Below are positions 16,860 through 23,783 of a stretch of DNA of 64,000 nt, piece by piece. A program made the translations under genes and the position numbers. Location: the IMG/VR virus record IMGVR_UViG_3300025117_001212. The stretch is one strand, 5' to 3'. Numbering within the stretch: position 1 is the stretch's first letter; each line of letters begins with the position of its first letter. Source of the DNA: a virus. The notes beneath the pieces were generated by a model that made no database searches, was not told the DNA's origin, and saw nothing but the letters and a program-made list of their open reading frames with translations.

Positions 16860-17195
16860 TTATCTGATTTTAGAACTATAACTACTTGAAACAGAATCAT
16901 AAACATTATATCCTATACTCACGTGGTAGGATTTTATGAAGGGTTCTAGATCATCGGGGGTTTCAAAATAGTAACATAGAAGATTTATGAGGTAGTCTGC
17001 ATTAAATGGCTCTGAAGAGTCATCGTGCGTGGGTAGACTCCTTGTGATTGCAGTCACGAATGGGATAGTTATTATGTAGAAGTCTACAATCATCACAGAA
17101 TGATTGATAGAGAATTTTATATGTCTTCTTGGATGCAGAATTGTTCCGATTGGAAGTATTTCACGAAGTCTCTTCATTAGAGTGTAGATATTCAT
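16860..17195 (-). CDS. MNxY-family protein
   Basis: MNIYTLMKRLREILPIGTIL. Confidence 0.8.
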   Translation of the reverse strand: MNIYTLMKRLREILPIGTILHPRRHIKFSINHSVMIVDFYIITIPFVTAITRSLPTHDDSSEPFNADYLINLLCYYFETPDDLEPFIKSYHVSIGYNVYDSVSSSYSSKIR

Positions 17196-17209
17196 ATTCT
17201 ACCTCAGCA

Positions 17210-17425
17210 TCAACATGTTAAACTGAATGCTTTTCTAAATAGATCTATAGATAACCTATGTTCTGAGCCATCACTTAGATTACTCAAAATTTTAAAATGT
17301 ATTTTCACTACATTTTCATTTTCGAAACCCTCTCTTATTGAATGCCCGATTACTTTGATATAACCATTAACACTTCCCATGGGAAATTCTTTTCTAGCTT
17401 CTTTAAGAATGGTGTAGCTATTCAT
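17210..17425 (-). CDS. MNxY-family small protein
   Basis: MNSYTILKEARKEFPMGS. Confidence 0.85.
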   Translation of the reverse strand: MNSYTILKEARKEFPMGSVNGYIKVIGHSIREGFENENVVKIHFKILSNLSDGSEHRLSIDLFRKAFSLTC

Positions 17426-17518
17426 TTTTCTACCAACTTATTTTCAATTTTGATTGATATGGAGTCATTTTTATTGATTTTACATGCATGATTCTCATAG
17501 AGAACATCTAGGTACATT

Positions 17519-17701
17519 TCAGAAGCTGCATACTCTAATCCCATGTAGTTTTACTAGTGCAAGGCAGGTGTAGTCATTAGAGTGATCAGGAGCAATATGA
17601 GAAAGAATAGTTAGGGTATCTCCAATATTATTGTACCGAACAAGTTTCGTTCCTATTGGATAGGTTTTTCTAAAGTTTTTGAATTTAGTGTAGAGGTTCA
17701 T
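17519..17701 (-). CDS. MNxY-family small protein (possibly 3' frameshifted)
   Basis: MNLYTKFKNFRKTYPIGTKL; another frame stays open to the next ATG. Confidence 0.75.
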   Translation of the reverse strand: MNLYTKFKNFRKTYPIGTKLVRYNNIGDTLTILSHIAPDHSNDYTCLALVKLHGIRVCSF

Positions 17702-17910
17702 AATGGCTCTAACTCTTCAGGATAGAATAGATAAGGTGTATTGATTTCACTACAATTAGTTTCTGGCTCTGCCTGTATGACAATTCTACGAAATACCGTG
17801 CTATATCTTACTAAAGTGATGTAGCATATCTTATTTGTTCTAAGACTCTTAAACCTTGAACCAACAGGATACTTTGATCTAACTTCTTTAAGTAGAGTAT
17901 AGTTATTCAT
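17698..17910 (-). CDS. MNxY-family small SH3/KOW-like protein
   Basis: MNNYTLLKEVRSKYPVGSRF ... FYPEELEPL. Confidence 0.85.
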   Translation of the reverse strand: MNNYTLLKEVRSKYPVGSRFKSLRTNKICYITLVRYSTVFRRIVIQAEPETNCSEINTPYLFYPEELEPL

Positions 17911-18124
17911 TAGTAAACCAACTTCTAAATATCTCAATAGGTTGAGAATATTTTGCTCCAGATTTATCTTCAAAGTGTATTATTGCAATTTTAGTTCCAG
18001 CAATACTATGCCCAATACTATGACCTATTATTTCTATAGACGCTGAAGAAGTTATTTTAGAAATATATCTACTACCTATGGGGAATTCTTTTCTAGCTTC
18101 TTTTAGTTTTGTATAATTATTCAT
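17903..18124 (-). CDS. MNxY-family small SH3/KOW-like protein
   Basis: MNNYTKLKEARKEFPIGSRY. Confidence 0.85.
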   Translation of the reverse strand: MNNYTKLKEARKEFPIGSRYISKITSSASIEIIGHSIGHSIAGTKIAIIHFEDKSGAKYSQPIEIFRSWFTNE

Positions 18125-18323
18125 AAGCCGTCCTTGTTTCTTCATCTAACATCTGTACTAAATATTTTCCTTTTTCAAGACCATCTAGAATAAGAAATGT
18201 TATCCATATCCCGTAATTACTTATTTCCCATTTAATTACTTTTAATATTCGTCCATCTTCTGTAATAATTTTATCTATTGGATATTTCTTCCTCAAAAAT
18301 TTCATTAAGGTATAATTATTCAT
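18117..18323 (-). CDS. MNxY-family small SH3/KOW-like protein
   Basis: MNNYTLMKFLRKKYPIDKI. Confidence 0.85.
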   Translation of the reverse strand: MNNYTLMKFLRKKYPIDKIITEDGRILKVIKWEISNYGIWITFLILDGLEKGKYLVQMLDEETRTAYE

Positions 18324-18525
18324 TTTTATCTTCTTCAATTAATCTTTCAATATCTACCGTTATACTTCCTTCCAGATTATTGCCTTCAACAAATATCGTT
18401 AGATATTGATCTTTTAATATGAATTTTGATATCTTTCCCATATGTTTTTCATCAAAAGTCTGAGTAATAGTTGACCCTATAGGAAAATGCTTGTTAGCAT
18501 ATTTTAACTTGGTATAATAATTCAT
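18316..18525 (-). CDS. MNxY-family small SH3/KOW-like protein
   Basis: MNYYTKLKYANKHFPIGSTI. Confidence 0.85.
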   Translation of the reverse strand: MNYYTKLKYANKHFPIGSTITQTFDEKHMGKISKFILKDQYLTIFVEGNNLEGSITVDIERLIEEDKNE

Positions 18526-18797
18526 TTGATTATATCATAATATTTTTCTAAATCATTAATTGATATGAAATCGTGTTCATAAGTTGAAGCTTTTATGTAA
18601 CCGTTAACGGTTTTAGTCATACTAATTGATGATACTTCAACTTCAAGGATAGGTAATACATAATCAATTATGGAACAATCTTCTGGAAATAGTGATATTT
18701 TTCTATAATCAGAAAAATCAAGATCTTCTTTTAATCTTAGCTTAGCTCCAATAGGGTATTTTTGAATTAGTAATTTTTTTGCAGTGTATCTATTCAT
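18522..18797 (-). CDS. MNxY-family small SH3/KOW-like protein
   Basis: MNRYTAKKLLIQKYPIGAKL. Confidence 0.85.
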   Translation of the reverse strand: MNRYTAKKLLIQKYPIGAKLRLKEDLDFSDYRKISLFPEDCSIIDYVLPILEVEVSSISMTKTVNGYIKASTYEHDFISINDLEKYYDIIK

Positions 18798-18997
18798 TTT
18801 TCTATTTCATCTGCTGAAAATACTAATTGAATATTGTTATATTTATTCATTTCAATAGTTCTAACGTATGGGCCTATTTTATCTACTGCTCTAATATCAA
18901 CTGTAAATATTTTTCCTTCAAACCCTCGTGTTTGTGCCATCTCTTTAACCCTAAATCTATCACCATGTTTTAATTTATTAAATGTATATATATTCAT
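18794..18997 (-). CDS. MNxY-family small SH3/KOW-like protein
   Basis: MNIYTFNKLKHGDRFRV ... FSADEIEK. Confidence 0.85.
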   Translation of the reverse strand: MNIYTFNKLKHGDRFRVKEMAQTRGFEGKIFTVDIRAVDKIGPYVRTIEMNKYNNIQLVFSADEIEK

Positions 18998-19209
18998 ATT
19001 CTTAACCATTTATTTTTTTGTTTCAAATCTAACCAATGGATTACTTCATTATTACTTTCTTTAATAACCTTACCTTTAGCAAACCATTTATCTGCTAATA
19101 TTTCATAACCTATAATGCAGATATGCTCCCATCGATTGTATTTATTTCTAAAAAATTTACCTTTGGGAAATATTCTTCTAAGTTCTTTAAATTCTGTATA
19201 TATGTTCAT
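18994..19209 (-). CDS. MNxY-family small SH3/KOW-like protein
   Basis: MNIYTEFKELRRIFPKGKFF. Confidence 0.85.
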   Translation of the reverse strand: MNIYTEFKELRRIFPKGKFFRNKYNRWEHICIIGYEILADKWFAKGKVIKESNNEVIHWLDLKQKNKWLRI

Positions 19210-19445
19210 ATTATTTCAACATGATCAGGATTAATAATAACACCAAACTCTAAATTAACTGGATTATTGTTACTATCTATTGCAGATACCCTTGCATTAA
19301 TGAATAATTCATTTCGTGTTGTTCTGAAATAACCAATAACATGTCCGTGATATTCTATTTCAGATTCATGGTCATTATATGGTTCTTCAAAATATCTAAT
19401 TTTAGTCCCTATTGGAAATTTCTTTTTTATCGTATATTCATTCAT
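19206..19445 (-). CDS. MNxY-family small SH3/KOW-like protein
   Basis: MNEYTIKKKFPIGTKIRY ... NPDHVEII. Confidence 0.85.
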   Translation of the reverse strand: MNEYTIKKKFPIGTKIRYFEEPYNDHESEIEYHGHVIGYFRTTRNELFINARVSAIDSNNNPVNLEFGVIINPDHVEII

Positions 19446-19636
19446 GGCGACTTTTTAAACGTAAAGGTCCTAGTTCCACTAAATGTAGGTCTATCTAATT
19501 TTAGAACAATTTCATCATGTGTTATTTCTATTCCCTCTAAATAGAAGGATTCTTTAAAACCAGCAAATTCAATAGTTATTTTTCTTCTTCCCGTCATTAA
19601 TTCTCTTATTGCCTTATTTATTGTATATTCATTCAT
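19442..19636 (-). CDS. MNxY-start small protein
   Basis: MNEYTINKAIRELMTG. Confidence 0.8.
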   Translation of the reverse strand: MNEYTINKAIRELMTGRRKITIEFAGFKESFYLEGIEITHDEIVLKLDRPTFSGTRTFTFKKSP

Positions 19637-19827
19637 ATTACTATCTCAATTTCATCTTTATACCAGGGGAATGGATTATCCTTAAGCCATATCGTTAGAT
19701 ATGAATTATTAAATCTATCTACTTTTGATATTATATGAATTCTATCTAATTTTGGCATTATTTTATCAGATTTTATTCTTACTTTTTGTCCAGGTTTAAG
19801 ATATTTATTAAACACATAATCATTCAT
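19633..19827 (-). CDS. MNxY-family small SH3/KOW-like protein
   Basis: MNDYVFNKYLKPGQKVRI ... WYKDEIEIV. Confidence 0.85.
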   Translation of the reverse strand: MNDYVFNKYLKPGQKVRIKSDKIMPKLDRIHIISKVDRFNNSYLTIWLKDNPFPWYKDEIEIVI

Positions 19828-20002
19828 TGATTATCACCAAATCTTCTGGGCTAAATAAATCATCATCATATTCAACCAATTCTATTAGCCATACTTTCTT
19901 CCAAAACTCTACAATTCCTTTAACAGTTCCAACGCAATCATCTAAAGGACAACTAACTTTAGTTCCTGGTTTAAATGTTTTCCTAAGTGTGTACAGATTC
20001 AT
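19820..20002 (-). CDS. MNxY-family small SH3/KOW-like protein
   Basis: MNLYTLRKTFKPGTKV ... FSPEDLVII. Confidence 0.85.
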   Translation of the reverse strand: MNLYTLRKTFKPGTKVSCPLDDCVGTVKGIVEFWKKVWLIELVEYDDDLFSPEDLVIINE

Positions 20003-20175
20003 TTTATTATCTCTATTTCATCAATAGGAAGTAATACGTATATTCCCTCAACCACAACTCCCAATATTTTATTTTCGTGTTTATATATTCCCATTATACG
20101 CCTAATGGTTTTATCTTTTATGAGTATAACTGATTTTCCTAACTGAATATATTTATCTAATGTGTACTTATTCAT
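19999..20175 (-). CDS. MNxY-family protein, 58 aa (not in ORF track)
   Basis: MNKYTLDKYIQLGKSV ... LPIDEIEIIK. Confidence 0.8.
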   Translation of the reverse strand: MNKYTLDKYIQLGKSVILIKDKTIRRIMGIYKHENKILGVVVEGIYVLLPIDEIEIIK

Positions 20176-20191
20176 AATAAATCCTTAATAG

Positions 20192-20326
20192 TCAAAAAAG
20201 AGGCTCTTTGCAAGAATGCTCATCAAGCAGGAGGTGGTAGTGATGAGTTCTATGTCAAAGAGCCTCTTAGGGTCGCAACTGAGAGAAAGGAGGTGAAACC
20301 TCTAGTTGCTACATGTGTACCTTTAC
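20192..20326 (-). ncRNA. candidate small RNA with two anti-Shine-Dalgarno loops
   Basis: promoter 20333-20361; loops UUUCACCUCCUUU and CUACCACCUCCUGCU; 13-bp terminal stem plus U-run. Confidence 0.6.
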
Positions 20327-20332
20327 ACCAAT

Positions 20333-20361
20333 ATTATACAATAAGCAATAAGCAATTGCAA
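20333..20361 (-). promoter_or_regulatory. sigma70-type promoter heading the sRNA and MNxY array
   Basis: TTGCAA-N17-TATAAT. Confidence 0.8.
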
Positions 20362-20387
20362 GCAAATAATAGGTTTTTCTGCATAAA

Positions 20388-20771
20388 TTATTTTCTTCTT
20401 TTCCTATAGATTTCTCCTCTATACTTTGATCCAAAATGTTTATGAAAATAATTAGCTAACAATACTCTATGGCAAAACTTGTCTGCACCACAATAACAAG
20501 TAAAAACAACTCTTGGCATCTGTATAACATATCTCCAAATTTCTCTATTCTTTCTATAGGATTCATCCATCATTTGATTATATTTTTCAATATATCTAGG
20601 AATATAAGTTTTCGGGTCATTGGCTTTCTTTAAAGCCATAACCATTTCCCAAGTAGGTGCAAAAATTCTTCCTATTTCATGCTTCCCTCTAATTGTGATA
20701 TCAAGTCTATCAAGATCATCAATAAAGTAGTTGGCTGTCCATATCTCTCCACTATATCTTTTCTTTTTCAT
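20388..20771 (-). CDS. DUF488-like protein
   Basis: FAPTWEMV ... YIEKYNQMM ... FTCYC....CHR.LLA. Confidence 0.7.
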   Translation of the reverse strand: MKKKRYSGEIWTANYFIDDLDRLDITIRGKHEIGRIFAPTWEMVMALKKANDPKTYIPRYIEKYNQMMDESYRKNREIWRYVIQMPRVVFTCYCGADKFCHRVLLANYFHKHFGSKYRGEIYRKRRK

Positions 20772-20901
20772 AATCAATTCCTGCTATTTAATTGTTAAAA
20801 ACTTAACTTACTTAGTGATTGTTAAGATTTCAATGATTTTAAGATTCATGTGACAGAAAAAAACAAAGTGTTAGTACCGAATAAAAGAAAGGTTTTTAAT
20901 T

Positions 20902-20956
20902 GCAATGAGCCTCCGGCTCATTGCCTCATGATGCGATCTGAGATCGCATCATGAGG
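20902..20956. repeat. two abutting perfect inverted repeats
   Basis: GCAATGAGCC-TCC-GGCTCATTGC and CCTCATGATGCGATCT-G-AGATCGCATCATGAGG. Confidence 0.9.
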
Positions 20957-21549
20957 ATAGAAAAGACTTCAGATTTAGATACTTTAATTTTAGAAGTGAT
21001 TTAAATTATAGAAAAAAGATCAGAGAGAAGCTTTCTTTGTACTTCCAACCTGCCTCGACCCGAGGTCTCGGCAGACCCCCCCTTCCCCCCACGCCCGAAC
21101 CGCTATGGTTTTTCTTTAGTTCCCTGTAACCGGACTTGGCTTCAATTTGCACGTCCACCGAAGTGCTTTACAGGGTTCTCCGCAGATATCTAAAGAAAAT
21201 TTAAAAGACGATATTAATTTTCGTTTCTAGCACTCTTAAAGAGCTGTCAGCGACATTGATAAGAAACGGTTTAAAAAATATCGTACACAGTCGCTATTTA
21301 ACACGGCCCGAGAAATCGTCTGAATTAACGGACGCCTTCTTAAGTTAGGGAGAAGAGGAGGAATCTATGCACCCCCCTTGGTTTTTCTGATTTAATACTT
21401 CACTAAGAAGCTGTTTTTTCAAGACACTAATCAGAAAACATATGGCTGCATAGAGAGCATCAAGGCTCTAATGTAACCCTTTGATGCTAAACACTAGGTG
21501 GCGTGTTACTTGATATAGAGACGCATTGCTAGTGCTACCCCATACTTTT

Positions 21550-21578
21550 ATTATACAATTAAATTTGTCAAATTGCAT
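21550..21578 (-). promoter_or_regulatory. putative promoter firing into the non-coding structured region
   Basis: ATGCAA-N17-TATAAT. Confidence 0.55.
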
Positions 21579-21587
21579 TATAAAAAT

Positions 21588-21869
21588 TTAAACTTCCATA
21601 TCCTTGTACTGTTTTAGTTGTAAAATGAGCTTATCATAAACACGAGCCTTTAACCAGTCAGGAACTGTAATTTTATCAATAACAATATCGCCATCAATAG
21701 TGATGTCAATATCAAAAGCATCTAAATCTAGTTTAATTTCAGGTATATTATTACCTCTTATATCTATAGATAAATTTGTAATTCCTAAGTCTTTTGTAAG
21801 ATCTTTTCCATTTACCTCAAATTTAAATTCAAGATCTTTTTGCTTATTAATAATTCTAATAGATTCCAT
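21588..21869 (-). CDS. hypothetical protein
   Basis: SD GGAGGT before MESIRII. Confidence 0.7.
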   Translation of the reverse strand: MESIRIINKQKDLEFKFEVNGKDLTKDLGITNLSIDIRGNNIPEIKLDLDAFDIDITIDGDIVIDKITVPDWLKARVYDKLILQLKQYKDMEV

Positions 21870-21871
21870 AA

Positions 21872-22363
21872 TTACCTCCATGGCACGGTAGGGCCTAGTT
21901 GATTTTGATAATGACCAGTTTTTGAATAGTCAACTCCAGCTTCTTCTGCATCAGCTAACACTAGTTGTATTAATCTTAAACCTGGAACTAAGAATCTGGG
22001 AAAAGGCCAATGATTGATGATTTCAAGAGTCCATTGCCCATGAAATCCAGGATCACCATAGCCTGCATGTAGATGTTCTAGCCCTTGTCTTCCGACTGTT
22101 GATTTTAAAAACAACATTGCAATAGCATTAGTAGGTATTTTTGTAAATTCTAGGGTATGCAAGAGTACAATTTCACCGCATTTTATAGTCCATGGCGTAA
22201 TGTTCATATCTATAGGATCTGACCACGTATTGTCTTCTATTGGGACGCGAATGAAACTTCCAATTTTTAGATCTATTGATGCCGGATTAATTAGTTTAGG
22301 ATCAAAAGGTTCAACTCCACCATTTTCTGCCCATTGCGTTAGTCTTTTGTCATTCCAAATCAT
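21872..22363 (-). CDS. dcd: dCTP deaminase (trimeric dUTPase-like superfamily)
   Basis: INPASIDL, KSTVGRQGL, AGYGDPGFHGQWTLEI, RLIQLV. Confidence 0.85.
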   Translation of the reverse strand: MIWNDKRLTQWAENGGVEPFDPKLINPASIDLKIGSFIRVPIEDNTWSDPIDMNITPWTIKCGEIVLLHTLEFTKIPTNAIAMLFLKSTVGRQGLEHLHAGYGDPGFHGQWTLEIINHWPFPRFLVPGLRLIQLVLADAEEAGVDYSKTGHYQNQLGPTVPWR

Positions 22364-22375
22364 AGTTGCCTCCTG

Positions 22376-22558
22376 TTAGTTGATGATTGATAATTTCCAT
22401 TGTTTTTGTTTGCAATAGATAGCTATTTCGAATAAGCTCCAATTTTTCATATATTTTAAAATAGGAGCTGTTTTTGTTAATTTGTTATTGATGTTATTTT
22501 TACAAATTCCTGCAACAAAATGAGGTGCTACAATTCTAATAACTGTAATTTTCTTCAT
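22376..22558 (-). CDS. conserved phage hypothetical protein
   Basis: probable start MKKITV at 22558; IVAPHFVAG ... APILKYM ... YCKQKQW. Confidence 0.7.
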   Translation of the reverse strand: MKKITVIRIVAPHFVAGICKNNINNKLTKTAPILKYMKNWSLFEIAIYCKQKQWKLSIIN

Positions 22559-22571
22559 CTGATTACCCAAT

Positions 22572-22663
22572 AAATGGAAAGAGCCCCAAGAGGTGGGGAG
22601 TCTCTTGGGGCTCTTAAGGAGGAGAGAAGCATGGCGTCGAAGGAAAACGAAACAACCATCTCT
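22572..22663 (-). ncRNA. candidate small RNA with anti-SD tract and C-rich loop
   Basis: promoter 22670-22698; CUUCUCUCCUCCUU then 14-bp stem with loop ACUCCCCAC. Confidence 0.45.
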
Positions 22664-22669
22664 ACTGAT

Positions 22670-22698
22670 ATTATACAACTGATTATTTAACTTTGCAA
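22670..22698 (-). promoter_or_regulatory. sigma70-type promoter
   Basis: TTGCAA-N17-TATAAT overlapping the exonuclease stop. Confidence 0.75.
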
Positions 22699-23613
22699 TA
22701 ACTTTTTTTCTAGTTTATCAAACATTTTAGCTTGTTGTTTTGCCAATTTAGGAAGTAGCAATAGAAACCTTGGTTTTAGAAGAGATTCTGCTTCTATAAA
22801 TTCTAGCATATTTTCTGCAGATACTTCATTATCACTTTTATGCAGTTTTAGTTTTTTAGGATTAAGTATTTTAATCAGATAGGCTGTTTTTTCTAAAGTA
22901 TCATATCCTCCTTTCTCTAATTTAGATGATATATTTTCTGGGAGTTCACTTTTATTATTAAATACAGCTTCTGCTGATCCAAATGTTCTTATAAGATCAA
23001 CTGCTGTTTTAAATCCTATACCTTTAAATCCTTTGACTTTGTCAGTTGTACACCCTGACAGTTTTTTGGCTTCAGTAAATGTTTTACTGTCTATACCATC
23101 AAGTTTAAGATCATCATGGGTAAATTTGATCAAACCTTCTCTACCATTTTTTAGAATAGATATTTTGTCACTTAGTAATGAATTATAATCGTTATCGTTT
23201 GCAAGAATTGTTATTTCATCAAACTTTTTGCCAATTCTTTTAATAACTGATCTGCAAACATCTTCAGCCTCATATCCTTTAGAATAAAAGCATGGTATAT
23301 TTAGAGAATTCGCTAAGATTTTAATCATGTCCATTTCTCTAAATAAGTTTTCGGAATCTTTTTTATCTCTTTTCCTACCTTCTTTATAATCTGGAAATTT
23401 TAATTTCTTTTTATATGGTGGAGTATCCCAAGTCGTAATATAGAAAGAATACTCATTACGTTCTGCCATATAAATAATGGCTTTTGCAAAGCTGAAAACA
23501 GCACTTGTGGTAAGTTCGGTACCATTTTCTAAAGTAATGGTAAGTGGCCTTTTTTTAAAGGCGAAAAATTCGCGATATGTTATGCTAGATCCGTCGATAA
23601 TTAGTAAATTCAT
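22687..23613 (-). CDS. 5'-3' exonuclease (Pol I N-terminal/FEN/T4 RNase H-like)
   Basis: LLIIDGSS, YKEGRK, GYEAEDV, DNDY, H3TH GCTTDKVKGFKGIGFKTA. Confidence 0.9.
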   Translation of the reverse strand: MNLLIIDGSSITYREFFAFKKRPLTITLENGTELTTSAVFSFAKAIIYMAERNEYSFYITTWDTPPYKKKLKFPDYKEGRKRDKKDSENLFREMDMIKILANSLNIPCFYSKGYEAEDVCRSVIKRIGKKFDEITILANDNDYNSLLSDKISILKNGREGLIKFTHDDLKLDGIDSKTFTEAKKLSGCTTDKVKGFKGIGFKTAVDLIRTFGSAEAVFNNKSELPENISSKLEKGGYDTLEKTAYLIKILNPKKLKLHKSDNEVSAENMLEFIEAESLLKPRFLLLLPKLAKQQAKMFDKLEKKLLQS

Positions 23614-23647
23614 TTAATTGCCCTCGCTAAGTTTTGTTACTACCAAC

Positions 23648-23733
23648 ATTATACAATAAAATTACAAGTGATGCAAGGGTAAAAACACATTTTTCATTTT
23701 CTTGTTGTAAAGTTTGGAGGCGTGTTGTATAAT
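23648..23733. promoter_or_regulatory. divergent sigma70 promoter pair separating the two arms
   Basis: minus TTGCAT-N17-TATAAT (23648-23676); plus TTGTAA-N17-TATAAT (23705-23733). Confidence 0.8.
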
Positions 23734-23783
23734 ACCAGTAGGAAGCTGGTTAAAAATTTTTAACTTTCAATTGGAGCATCATC

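Noticed and set aside
629-20175. Diversity-generating retroelement or integron explaining the MNxY array
   Set aside because: No reverse transcriptase, TR/VR pair or adenine-restricted variation; no integrase or attC-like palindromic spacers; genes mostly overlap directly. Machinery outside the window cannot be excluded.
20192-20326. CsrB/RsmZ-like GGA-loop sponge on the plus strand
   Set aside because: Loops read GGA on plus, but the promoter and U-tailed terminator are both on minus; kept only as a fallback if RNA-seq shows plus-strand expression
1-23600. Archaeal host suggested by GGAGGTGA SD sites
   Set aside because: Multiple -35/N17/-10 sigma70 promoters, intrinsic terminators and a lipobox protein point to bacteria
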